Assembly: GCA_002189035.1 (NCBI GenBank)
Contig: NEEC01000021.1
Span: forward strand, 930,001-994,000
Origin: Utricularia gibba
Taxonomy: Eukaryota; Plantae; Magnoliophyta
DNA: 64,000 nucleotides
Direction: 5' to 3'
This document shows, one piece after another, positions 38,537-52,074 of this stretch (the stretch's first letter is position 1; every line of letters begins with the position of its first letter). Position numbers and translations under genes: made by a program. The notes beneath the pieces were generated by a model, which worked only from the letters and a program-made list of their open reading frames with translations, had not been told where the DNA came from and searched no databases.

Positions 38537-41506
38537 TCATATAAGATTTATGGTGAAGGAGACATAAGGATGGGCATCTGCATCACCCACACCACCCACT
38601 CCTACTCCATCGTCCTCACTTTTCCAGAACGTGCTGCAGCAATGCAAAAACCCGGCATTAAAACACAGGCAAATGCTTTCTCTATGTTTCATAAGCAATT
38701 TCTGGTACATGACTCTGGCTTTGTTGTTGAGATCATAAGCCACTCAAGAGATTTCATGGCATCACTACTCAGACATACCATTATCAGCGTAAATGAGGGC
38801 AGTGTGGACATACCTATGTGAACTGTCACACAGTCCTTCAAGAATGGAGCGAACTTTGTTCTCACTTTTTCCAGGAGGGGACAGTACAACAGACTGCATA
38901 AGAAAAAAATTGGTACATGCATGGGTTTGGAAGAGTGTCCGTATGAAAAGAAGAAATATTGGCGCCATCTTACCAGAAATGATGGTGGCAGGCCGTATCG
39001 AAGAATGCTTTCTGTAAATACTCGTACAGCACAGAAATGCATCCAAGAGCTAAAAACCTGCAGCCAGGGGTACAACCACTCTGAGTAAGAGATTGTTCAA
39101 ACAATGATTTCCATGGTGTAACTCTATTTTCCGTTGTCTAGATATCTTTAACAGGGCAGTATTTTCGAGGAGCTACGAGGAACATACAAAATCACAGGGT
39201 AGAAATGTACAAAATTCATACTTACTAATTCCGCTTAATGTTCTATCATCAGATCGTTCAACGTAAAATATAAATTCATATGCACACTGCAGCATCTTAG
39301 TACAGCTGCTAAACCCTTTTCGAGGAATGAGATGCATGCTCAAACAGTGTTTCGTGTATCAACTAGTGAACTTCTAGTTGAATGCAGCATTGCAAACATG
39401 TATGCATTCAAAAATACTGAATATTTGATAATCAAAACTCAGTTCTAAGTTTCATAAGCAAAATAAACAAAACTGATGACTTGAAAAACGACAGACTGCA
39501 TTAAGAAGAATTTACCTCCCCATAACTAGTATAACACCATTGCAATAGAGAGCTTCTCAATGCATCCTGATCTTGGACCAATTTCTCAAGCTCTTGCCTA
39601 CGGCTCTCCTGGGTTTCTGAATTATACTCAAAATCACGCACCTAGATAGAAAACATGTTCAACCATGTGTGTTTGCACGTAAATTTCCAGGAGAGACAAC
39701 ACGGACACGTCACATTATAAGCATGTGAAGTATACTGGAGTTTCAAACATCAGTAAATGGAAAAAACATCACTATCAGATGGTAAAATTCGTACTCACCT
39801 GAAAATTCCTTTCACGGGACTTTGTTCTAAAATTGTCTGCATCTCGAATGAATAATGTTACAGTGTACAGAGCATATTCATTGTCATCATGAAGCTTTTT
39901 GGAGGATCTAGGGACCTGAAGCAAGCAAATTTATTAGATTATGGGAACTGCCATTGGAAAACTGAAAAAGATCCTTTTCCTGAGTTAAAATAGCCATCTC
40001 CACTATATAAAAGCACATTATTTAGATCTGAATTCTGGTTTAGTAACCATAAAAAACTAAGCGTCTCTCTCAAATAGAAAATTTATACAGAATACTTACC
40101 ACGTATGATGTCAGCGTTTCATAGCTTGACAGCCAATCCTTCTGAGAATACTTTGGGACGATAGCCAGAAGTGTTGTCAAGTGCTCTGAACTGACTATAT
40201 CCTGTGGATTTACTAAATTGGAAAGGTCACGAACAGCCAAACTGCCACAAGTAACCAGAGTTACAGATTAAGATGAAGAACTTCACAAAATACTATCCAA
40301 AATAATCTTTGCAAATGGAACTTAAATTTACAGGAGGTATCATAACATTTGTGCATAAATAAAGTTTCATCATCAAAGGCATTGCAAAGAAATCATGAAG
40401 CACATCACAGTAAAGCTTAATATCAACATTCAAACAAACATCTGTCGATGTTCAAATAATGCAGATTCATATATAATGACACATAATGTACCTGCCACCC
40501 TGCTTTCTATTTATGGCATTAAGTTGGCTGCGTATATTGTTATACTCAGCAACACGAACCTGTTAAAGATGTTTAGACAAACTGTAACCACTTCGTAAAA
40601 GTTCAACGATTAGACTAGACAAGGTGATGAAACATGCACAACTCGGTATGTCTAGATGGATTAAATCACAATAGCGTTAAAGGGAGCATGAAGGAAAATG
40701 CAGAAAAAAGACTTAATGATTTACCAAAAAAAAATCAAGGGGAATCAAACCCGTATGTGAATCCAGGGAAAACGACCAACAACTACTAATGAAGCTGAGA
40801 TCTCACAATACCTTAAGGTCATCCTCAATTTTAGCAATCTGAACATGAATCCCATCCACAATCTCCCTAAGTGGGGACACAGTCGGATATTTGGCCTCAT
40901 CCCAGACAAACCTGCAAGTCGTAGATACAAAATATCCCATTACTTCTGAAATTCTATGCCAAAACTAATATCCATTAATTTCCTCCTACATACCGAGTAA
41001 GGTAAGAGTCAACAGGTACCCCATCAACCGTAAGCGAACTGCTAAGAACTCCGGAAACCCTCTCCAGTTCTTCAATTTGTCTTCGGATTTTATGCGAGAC
41101 TCCTTCAATAAAACTATTCGACTGCACATACAAACAAAACTCAATACCCATAAGATTAAAAAACATGAAATTTTTTTAATAAAAAAACTCACCTTCAATA
41201 GATCATCACTCAACGCCAATAGGGAGTCCAAGGTTCCCACTCGTAGATTAGGAATGTTGAACTGAAGAAATCACCCCCCATTAATCATCGAAAAACAAGC
41301 AACACACGATTCACTTGCGATCAGAATCAAATTTCGGAAATGGATCTGCTATTTAGAGCTAAGGGAAACACGATTAAGGAGTTTACTCTGTACAGAGAGG
41401 TGTCAAATGCTTGCTTTGAGATAGAATCTTGAAGGCGACTCCAGAGGGAGGCGGCGGACGAGCCTTGGCCGACGGGAAGCGACGACACCCAGTAGCGAGT
41501 GGCCAT
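38537..41506 (-). CDS. VHA-C: V-type proton ATPase subunit C
   Basis: MATRYWVSSLP..RFNIPNLRVGTLDSLLALSDDLLK, FVWDEAKYPT, FSSWMHFCAVRVFTESILRYGLPP, HPYVSFTINLI*. Confidence 0.96.
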
Positions 41507-41926
41507 TATCAGGGATTGTCGGATTGATTGCAGAAACCAACCGAATCAGGAAGATATGAGAAATTTGGGGACAAGATGGAGGAGACGAGGGAGCGAGATC
41601 AAGAAACAAGTTTCATGATGATGTATCACACAATTACCAGGCCAATATACTCTTTTTACCAAAAAAAAATGCAAAAACAAAAGTTTTAAATGATCAAAAA
41701 AATTAAAAAATGAAATAAAATCAATCGAATTTTGATTATATATTATTTGTATTTAAAAATGAGTGGAAGAATTCATGAACTCACCCCAATATGGACTTCT
41801 TTTTTTTTTTTGAAATTATATTATTATAATTTCAAATATTATGAATTTTCGCACCCGCACCGCGAATCTGTGATTTCAAATCCCCAAAAATTTCTGTAGT
41901 TAGCAGCAGCGAAGTTTGTTTTCCGG

Positions 41927-43076
41927 TCAGCATGTGACGGCGGCGACGGCCAAATCGTACGGGAAAGTGTTGGCATACTGAAACGACAGAGTTCTGCCGT
42001 TGAGCAGCGGTTTTCCGTCGTTGACGAGGCAGTCATTGAATCGGAGACGCTTGAAGACATGTGGATTCACCATCCTCGCGGAGCTGAACCAGCCGCATCT
42101 CAGGTGGATGCCGCCGACGTTGCAGCCGGAGGCGCACACGTTCATTATCTCCACCGTGTACGTCGGAATCCCGTTCGGCAGCGGTGCCGTAGGGCCTTGG
42201 CTGATCATGATGTCGGAGGCGGAGCATTTTTCACTCCATATTCTGTTTGGGACAACTTTCTTACCTGCAACAACAGAAAACATTTACCGGGAGTTATTCT
42301 CTTGTGGTTTTGCTGAGCATTGCGACCTCGAAAACTGGGGTATCAAAAAATAAATGGCGAAAAGGGCTCCACTGAAAGGCAACTCTTGACTGCATTAAAT
42401 GTGGGAATGCAACTCTTGCCCTCAGAATGGCTAAAAAACAACTGTAAAGTGAAAGGGATATACCAGCAGACAAGAGGATTGAGAGCAATAGGGATGGTCA
42501 AAGATGGGAAAAAGGGAAGAGCTTTAAAGCTGAGCTGAGCATATGGATTATCTACACAGCCGACAAGAGGGAGGAAACGGCAAAAAAGCAAAGTATGCAC
42601 AGCAGTATAATGAAAGCAAACAGCAGCGTGTAGAGAGACGCTCGCCATCTCGCTGTTGTGTTCAGATAGGGTGGAATCATGGCACACATTTGTGTGCATC
42701 AACCCAAAAGTAATGCACAGGTGATGCTATTTGAAAACGATGAAGTGCAAGAGATAGTTACCTTGTTCAATCAGCTTTCTGTGTGGAAACCAGGTGTTGC
42801 TATTTCCAGCCATGTTTGAAGATGACCTAAAAGACTCCATCAACCCGTGATCTGAGGACAGAAACGAAGAAGGTGAAGCGACCCTGTGATTAGTTAACCA
42901 CTAAACTAAACAAGATTAGAGCGTAAGTGAGATTAGTTAACCACTAAACTACTATGCTTTTGTTTCCCTTATAAACCTGATAGTCCAAAAGTGAGCGGCA
43001 GGAATGTTGCAACCAACACCGCCGAGAATAAAGCCAGTCGCCGCCGCCTGAACGCTGATAACGATTGGCTCCCCAT
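41927..43076 (-). CDS. TAPETUM DETERMINANT1-like secreted Cys-rich peptide; 3 coding exons with a long upstream 5'UTR/intron
   Basis: Signal-like N-terminus, PHRKL motif, then [64 protein letters not shown]. Confidence 0.88.
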
Positions 43077-44283
43077 ACCTTTTCACCAACCTTGGAATGC
43101 TGAGATCTGGGTTCTCTTGACAGTGGATGGATCACGGGAAAATCAAACCTACTCCGCGAGGTCTTCAGCAAATAGCCGTCAAAACTGCAGGGATGATAAC
43201 TGTCTAAGATCAGGTCAATGGCAAGCGATTTGAGATGACTGCTCAGCTTGATTTCATTAAAGAATACAGAAGCATAGCAGGAAATAGATTAATCAAAAAC
43301 TCCATTACCCATCACAGTTCTCACAGTGAAGATGCTTTCTAGAAGAAAACCAAAACCCAAACTACGAACTCAGAAAATTTCGCCACACGAGTACTGAAGG
43401 TCGTGAAGAACAAGAGAAGAAACCCAGTGACTCGATCTTAAAAACGACAAGACGAAAGTGAAGAGTGGAATAAACCTATAACAATGAGAAGATAGCCTGT
43501 TCGATGAAAGTCATCAGAAATCTAAGCATCGATAAGGGAAAGTTTTCCGACATCGCTGCTAGCAAAGACACCGGGAAAAGAACCAATAGCCGAAATCGAA
43601 ATCCCTTCCCAATAAATGCAGCCCCAACAAAAGGAATACACAAATCAGAAAACGAATCTCCTCAGGAACTTAGTTCACAAAACGGTCAAAACATTAACAT
43701 CCATCCCCACGTCGACAACACAACAACACTCAAATAAGCATCAAGGCCGAAGACGTACAGACAGAGCATTGAAAGCTGTTCGTAACCAGAACTGCAATAT
43801 AGAGCGAGAAATGCGACGATTCAGCGACTTCGAACAAGATTTACTACTACTGAAACGATCGCTTCTGATCTCCTTTCTACCTTCCAAGGAGAAGACGCAG
43901 AGGCGTGCATGGACGGAGAGAGCTTTTGTATCTATCTCCGGAGGGAGAATCCCTTGCTTCCTGGACATATGTAGGGCTTTTGGAGAACACGATCATGGAA
44001 AAATTACCGCGGTAAAAAAATTGCACGTGGAAGGGGTGAGTGTTTGTTTTGACCGTGGGGGTTTACCAGTTACCACATTGTTGTTTACCGTGACACTGAC
44101 GTGGCATACGGATTTTTTTAAATTCTTTTGATTGGACATGACAAATAAATATTTAAAACAAAAACACATGAAAAGTCATACTCGAACGGCCGTTTTTCAT
44201 AGCCTGTTATTTATATATAAAATTGTATAGGCACAGAGTCTATTAACACCAAATTATCAAAAATAAAATTAAAATAATCAAAT

Positions 44284-44498
44284 GAATAATATAAAAATAA
44301 AATTGATAATTTTTTTTAAATATTAGATTATATGCCATTTTTAAATTATACCGAAAATATTATCATAAACTAAACTTACATAAAATTGATAAAAGTTTTT
44401 CATTATTAATATAATGTGACGACCCATATTTTTATTATATGAATATTGACCGATACATATACTTAATTTTTATGAATAATATAAAAATAAAATTGATA

Positions 44499-44571
<73 letters not shown>

Positions 44572-44727
44572 CAATATCAGATTATATGCCATTTTTAAAT
44601 TATACCGGAAATATTATTATAAACTAAAGTTACTTAAAATTGATATAAGTTTTTCATTATTAATATAATGTGATGACCCATTTTTTATTATATGAATATT
44701 GACCGATTTAGATACTTAATTTCTATG
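44284..44727. repeat. Tandem duplication of a roughly 190-bp AT-rich unit, with a (TA)n microsatellite (about 44498-44569) in the second unit
   Basis: agattatatgccatttttaaattatacc..gaatattgaccgat occurs at about 44325 and 44579; gaataatataaaaataaaattgataat occurs at about 44284 and 44474. Confidence 0.85.
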
Positions 44728-46331
44728 ATTTTATGATATTATAAAAGAAAATTTTCATATAAAATCAAAATAATTCTCTTATTTAAGTATATTTTTTCTT
44801 ACTTTTATAACTAATGTTAAATGCAAATTATTAGGTCTTATTCTTACCCTCTACTTTACTTAACTTAGTTGCTTAGCGTCCTCGTTAAATGTCATGTCTC
44901 ACCATTAATTTAAATTTAGGTATGATTCGAAGTCAAAATTATTATTAATATTTCATAGAGTAGGGATATCAACTTTCCATGTTAATATCCATTATTATTG
45001 AATATTTAATTTAGATATTTAACTCATTATGTTTTTTTTTAAATTTATATTCTTCATAATTTTATATTATAGATTTTTAAAATTGCGATATTTATATTTG
45101 CGGGGGTTGAATTTATAAATTGCGAAAATGTTTGGGATGAAATTCTTTGGATAACGCTGATTGGTCGGAAAATAGTTTTATTTATTGAAAAAGTTGGACA
45201 CGTGTCAAATCATTCTATTTTTGCGTAAAAAGGAAAGGGAAAGGAACCGGGGAGACACCGAAGCGACCTGGGGATTCGATCAGGTTTAACGTTTCCATCC
45301 ATGGAGTAGGAGTTTACAGTAGATTGGAAGTTGCCTATTTCGCATACAACATGGAGTGAATGAAGTCCCTCTGTAAGATACTTTTTTCCCCTTAAAATAT
45401 GTTACGTGGGATTGCCGATGAGTTTTCAATGAACTGCGTGGAAAGATTGTGTCTACCTTGTTTGGTTCTTACTGTTCCAGTGAGGCCTAGAGATTGTGGG
45501 TGGTGTTTTTTTTTTTTTTTTTTTTTTTAATTTGAGCTCTTGATTCGGTGGTTTTTGATGGGTATGCTAGAGGGGCTTTTTCGCCTGCGTTTAGGTAAGG
45601 AGTTACCCCAAAATATTACAAAATGGAATTTGCCGTGTTTTGTAAGTCGTTGACCTATTGCCATAATGGTTTTTGATAATGTATTCGGGGGTTTGAACTG
45701 TGTTTTCAGTGCTAAAATTGGGAAAGTTTTGTAGAGACTGTATTGTTGTGTTTAACAGCACTCCCGAGATTGGTGATTGGAAGTGAATAGCGGGTATCAA
45801 CATAAGCTGCATAAAGCGCAGTCTTTGTGCTCTTATATAACAGATTTGATTCTGGCATAGGCTTTCGATAATTGATGATTATGTTTATTTACTGTTAGGG
45901 TGCATCATAGCACACTATGTTGCAAATGTTATGGTAAAATGAAGTTCTATGAGTTTTTGGCTCTTCGATGTAAGCCAAGCACGATGCGTTTGTTGCTGAC
46001 AGTGTGTTAAGAAACTGTGATACTGCATTGAGCATGTGGGTGTGTAATTGTTTGGATACGTTTATGTTTTCACAATGGCTTTTGATATGATCATGTACCG
46101 TAAACCAGATTTTGTTTCATATATCTGTGGAATCTCTGATGCCGTAAGGGGATTTATTATGTGACTGGTTTCTTAAGCTTCTATTTCTAGGTTGCTCTTC
46201 TATTTTGACATGGATTTTGTTTTTTGAAATACAACATTTTGACTCTGGTTTTCTCGTATACCAATTGCAGGAAAGAAGAGAAAATTGCAGTTTGGTGGGG
46301 TGAGTAACTAATAGGAATAGGGGTAATGTTA

Positions 46332-47612
46332 ATGGCTAGGCGAGAAAAGGAAGATTCAAATAGAGTATCAGTAAAAGATTCATCCTTCAGCCTGTTAAAA
46401 CTCATCTCAGTTTTGATTAGTTTTGTTACTGGTGTAGTCATAGGGCTGGCCTCTAGTTCACATTTTGACCTGTATTTCTTGTACAAGGGTAAAGACTTCT
46501 ATACAGTGCAGTTCAGTGAAGAGAATAGCAAGTTTTCTGTAAATTGTCAAGGGGAGTATTTCAGTCTGAGGGGTTTCATTAGTCCCAAGCATTTGAACCA
46601 CAAAATGACAGATGATGAGCTATTCTGGAGGGCTTCATTGGTGCCCCAAAAGGAAGATTTTCCCTTTAAAAAAGTTCCAAGGGTTGCTTTTATGTTCCTC
46701 ACACGAGGACCACTTCCCCTGTTGCCATTGTGGGAGAAGTTCTTCCATGGCCAGGACTCGCAGAAGTATTCAATTTATGTGCATGCTCTTCCTGGATATG
46801 AGCTCAATATTTCAACTTCATCTGTTTTCTCTAGGCGCCAGATCCCAAGTCAGGTGTAAATATTCTGCTTCATTTGCTGCAATCTGCTTCTTCCACCAGA
46901 TTTTTTTTCATCTGTAGAGCATATCTTCCCTTCCCTTCTTGCTAAACCTCAATCTTTTGCTCTGTTACAGCGAGTTGAATGGGGATCCGTGTCCCTAGTT
47001 GATGCAGAGAAGCGTCTTCTAGCAAACGCTCTTCTGGATTACTCAAATGAGCGCTTTGTCCTGCTATCTGAGAGCTGCATCCCCCTCTACAACTTCCAGA
47101 CAGTGTACAAGTACCTCATCGGATCTATGCACAGCTTCGTTGAGTCATACGACGATCCGTCTCGCCAAGGCCGGGGCCGGTACAACTCTTGGATGGAACC
47201 ACATATACACCTCTCAGAATGGAGGAAAGGATCACAGTGGTTTGAGCTCCACCGGACCCTCGCCATCAAGATCATCGCAGACACCAAATACTACAACCTC
47301 TTCAGGAGATACTGCAGGCCATCCTGCTACCCTGATGAGCATTACCTGCCAACATTCTTTGAGAAGTTCTATGGCGCCCTCAACGCCAACAGAACCATAA
47401 CCTACGTCGACTGGTCGGTCTTCGGGCCGCATCCGGTGGCATTCACGGCGGCGAACGTGACGGAAGGGTTCATAGGGTGGCTCAGGAACAACGGCACACG
47501 GTGTTCCTACAACACCGGAGCCACAACGGTGTGTTACTTGTTTGCCAGGAAGTTTGATCCCAGTGCTTTGAGTCCATTGCTGGAAATGACCTCCAAGGTA
47601 ATGGGATACTGA
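46332..47612 (+). CDS. Core-2/I-branching beta-1,6-GlcNAc-transferase-like (DUF266/BC10-like) glycosyltransferase; 2 coding exons (intron 46854-46970)
   Basis: N-terminal TM, RVAFMFLTRGPLPLLPLWEKFF, AEKRLLANALLD..NERFVLLSESCIPL, WRKGSQWFE, CYPDEHYLPT, LFARKF. Confidence 0.92.
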
Positions 47613-48677
47613 AACTGGGCTCGCAGACGCAGAGCTTGTGTATACACACATACACACCATGTCTCGTATAAGCTGCCTCCATCTTCATTGGTTAATGCAG
47701 ATACAAGTTAACCAGAGACCGTTAATGGCTGGCTGATGATCATAGCTGGGGTGATGCCCATTTTTTAATTGATTTTGAAGGGTTTTTTTATTTTATAATA
47801 ATTTAATTAAATTGGTTATAGATAAATTTAAATCATCTAGAAAGATAAAAACTTAATATCAAACTATAGATGTTCATGAATTGGGTTCAATATTGATTCT
47901 TATCTTGATTATCAATTTCGGTTCTTAAATAATTTAGTTTCGATTCCAAATAATAATTATTTAGAATTTTTTTATTTACATTTTATATTTTAGTTTATTG
48001 ATATTAAATGATAAATTTGTATTGTTAATTTTAAAAAAGTTATGTATTTGTTCATAAAATTACAATATATTACATAATTAATCTTATAAAAAATTATTTA
48101 TATAAAAATAAAAAATAATAATCGATTTGAATTTAAGTAAATGATTTTTAAGAGTTCAAATTTAGATTATAATCATTTATAATCGATTATTACAAATTTT
48201 TATGTGTATTTAAATAACTTATTATCAATTCGTGTTTATTGTTTGTTAAACGGGTTCGGATCTAGTCAGTTTTAGGTAATACTCTATCTATGAACATCAC
48301 TGAATAAACAAAAATTTAAAAAATAATGTATATTTGAATCAATCCAATTGTTAAAATCAAGTTTTGATTGCGCATCAATTTTGAATTTTAAAACATTGAC
48401 CTAATTTTAAAATTTGATGTTTTATAACATCTTACACGAGCTATTGTGGTCTTAGTTGTCTATAAACGTAATATGGAAATTCAACAAATATATGAATAAC
48501 ATGATTATTATTTATTTATAATAATCTCATAATAATTTTAGGGGTGAAAGTATAAATAGATATATGAATAGGGACTAAATTGAATGCAATGAAAAACTTG
48601 AGGGTAAATGTACATAAAAAAAAACTAAGGGCATTTTTCGAAGGTGAAGACGAAGAAACACCGGATTTGCAGACGCC

Positions 48678-51600
48678 ATGGATTACAGATCAATTTCTCC
48701 TACACCTCAACAACAAGGGGGTCTGCCTGAGTTGGAGGAGTATTCGGTGCCTAGTTACTCCAGTAAGTAGTGCGAAACTCAAACCCTGGTGTATAATGTA
48801 TCAGCGTATTGCTCCTGTCCCACGGATTGTTGACTATTTACCGTTTTTGGTTTTTTGGAAAAGGTTGGTTTTCCTGGAATGACATTCATGATGTGGAGAG
48901 GTTTTCATTGACGGAGTTTTTTAACGGTAGCTCAATCACAAGGTCTCCTAGAATCTACAAAGAGTACAGGGATTTCATGATCTCCAAGTACAGAGAGGAC
49001 CCTTCAAGAAAACTCACTTTCACAGAGGTCCGGAAGTCACTTGTTGGTGATATCAGTGTTTTGCTTAAAGTTTTTACCTTTTTGGAGAAATGGGGCCTGA
49101 TTAATTTCAATATCGGTGATTCTGATGCCAAAAATAGTGGTTCCCTTGGAGATAGCTATGCGTCTAGTAGGGATGAGGAGGAGGAGGATAATTGGAAGGG
49201 TAGGGTTAAGGTTGAGGAAGGGGCACCTCATGGGGTGAGAGTGGTGGGGGCACCTAACTCAACAAAGCCTATCATAATGCCGCCACCTCCTCCGGGTATG
49301 ACGATGGGTGGTAGCGGTTATGTGGGAGAAGTTGGAGAAAATGGATTCAGATGGCCACCATTGGCTTCCTACTCGGATATTTACCCGAAGTTAGTGCAGC
49401 AGGAAGACAAAAAGGAAGTCTTGTGTGGAAGTTGTAAAGAGACTTGTGATGGTGTGCACTACGAATATGTGAAGGTGAGCTCGTTATTCTCTTGTTGTTT
49501 GATATTGATTCATTTTATGCTTAAATCTATATGATTTTTGGAATGTTTTTATTGTGTGGTTGAATCCCGTTGAATGATCATTAGTGATGCTGTTATGAGC
49601 TACAGCAGGCTAGTTTAATTTGCATCATTAGGTAACTTGCTGGCTGTCAACAACTAAAAAACATATGTTGATTAATCAGCAAGCAGAATCATGTAGAACA
49701 GGCTCTACTCACTTTGGTGCAAACTATTGAAATTTCCTACTTTATACTGTTATTTACACCTCGCATTATGGTTTCAGATAACATAAAATTCGTCTTCCTC
49801 ACCATTTTTTTATTTGCGTATCTTCATAACAAAGTAAAAAGAGCAGTATTTCTGTTGTCTATGACTATACCACAACAAAATACTATGACTACAGTTTTTT
49901 TAGGCTTATATGTGTATGTGCTAAACGTTTCAAGCTTCTCTTTTAGCATGTTTTCATCAGTATGCCTCCAATTCATAAGGTGCGAAACATAGAAAAAAAG
50001 AAATTTTGTTGATCCTACACTGATTATGTTTGTAAAAGAAATTGTGAGCCGTGATTGTTGCTCCTGCTTTTCTTGGTTTCTTTCTTTCTTTTTTACATTC
50101 AAAACTCCGTGATGAAAAAACTTGTCTTTTGAACCAAGTCTATTTTTTCTTTACCACAAATAATTTTCCGTTTGATGAGATGCTGAGTTTATCCTAAAGC
50201 ATTTATTTAACCATCGTTTTCTAATAAACAGATAGTTTGGAATCGTTTATACCTGTCACATGTGGGATAATAGATATTTTATTGATGTTTTCTTTCCAGG
50301 ATGAGGATTTCATCATTTGTGAGAAATGCTTTAAAGATGGTAAATACGATGAGGGAAAATGTTCAGATGACTTCAAATTAAAAGATAAAAAGCAAGTGGG
50401 TTCATGGACGGAAGAAGAAACATTACTTCTTCTAGAGTCTGTTGTAAAGCATGGAGATGACTGGGAGCTTGCAGCAAAGAATATCGAGGACAAAAGTAAA
50501 GAGGATTGTATATTAAAGCTTGTAGAGATGCCATTTGGTGATCTTGTGCTGAGTAATGCCAACGGGCACGGTAGCTATTTAAATGAAACTGGTAGAATAG
50601 GTAATTCTCTGCAAGAAGCATTGGTTGAGCCTGTGAAATCAAAGGGTCTTTCCTCAGAGTTTATTTCAAAGGATCCGCCAAATGAAGATGTGAGTAATGG
50701 GAGTCTACCACAGAAACGGGCGCGCTGTGAACAACGTTCTGTCACTGGAAGTCCTTTGATGCAACAGGTTGTCCTTTCACCTACTCTGTTTTATCCCTAG
50801 TATTTGCAATTTGGCATCTCCCGTACTCTGTAATAGTGGGAATGGTATAATCATCACGGGTGCAAAGGATGAAACTCAATCATATGTTAGCTTCTGTAGC
50901 ATACTCTATCGAACTATTCAATATACTATTTTCCTTGCGTTTTTTTTTTTTTTGAGAAAATCCCATTTTCACTCATGTTTTCCTAAAGCATCACTGAATC
51001 CCTGGTCCTTATCCCATTCATATGAAATGTATCATTTCATTTCTCCAGGTAGCAAAGATCTCTAAATTGTTGGGTCCAAATGTCACAGCCTCAGCAGCTG
51101 ATGCTGCAGTTACTGCTCTTTGCTCTGAGAATCAATGTTCCAGAGAAATATTCTATGATGATGAAAGATTTGATGATCAAAACAGGTGTTTGGACGATTT
51201 CATGATATCCTTGGTTCACATGTAGACTTCAAATTTGAATGATTACTTTAGTAACATTTTACCTTGTCAGGGCGGTTGTAGGGGTAGACCAACAGGAAGA
51301 AAAAGCATTCAGCCTGTCAGGTATTAGCTTTTTAAATCTGTTAGCCAATGTTATGAAGATGGTTTGTTATTCCAACTTGGAGATCTTCATGTGTGCTCTT
51401 GTGGTCTTACCGTACTTCTATTTGACTTTCTTGTGAACAGATGCTTGTGAGATTTCCCCTACAAAGAGCATAATACCATTAAACCTAAGGACAAGGGCTG
51501 CGACTGCCGCAGCCCTCGGTGCTGCAGCAGCAAATGCTAAGCTGCTGGCAGACCAAGAAGAAAGAGAGATTGGATTTTTGTTGGCTACAATGATTGAAGA

Positions 51601-51880
51601 CCAGGTTACCTCTGTGTTCCTCAAACTAGCACTTACACACCGTTGTTAAAAGGTTTCATTGATGTTGAGATGACACGATTCTGAGATTTCCATTTCATTT
51701 CAGCTGAAGAAGCTGCAGAAGAAGATGAAGTACTTCGAAGAGCTGGAACGGATAATGGAAACAGAGCAAGCGCAGTTTGAGGAACTGGAAGAATCTCTGT
51801 TCTCCGAGCGCATAAATATCATGCAAAGAATAGTTGCTGCTGGTATAATCGATCCCAGGGATCAAAACCCATTCAAGTAA
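48678..51880 (+). CDS. SWI3A: SWI/SNF complex subunit SWI3A (SWIRM, Zn-finger-like, SANT, leucine zipper); 7 exons
   Basis: SWFSWNDIHDVER, YKEYRDFMISKYREDPSRKLTFT, WTEEETLLLLESV, RAATAAALGAAAANAKLLADQEEREI; phases are consistent throughout. Confidence 0.9.
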
Positions 51881-52074
51881 CAAACTCACACTTTTTCCCT
51901 GATCATTCCATTGTCTCTGATATTTTAGTCACCATTTGCTGTACATCTTGCAGTAGGAAAAGCTTTAGTGAACATTTGATGGCAGACACGCACGCATTCA
52001 TCTGATGTTGAATTTCAATAGATTCTCAATGGGAACATATAAACCATATTGAGCATGTTTCCAAGAAGCCACGC

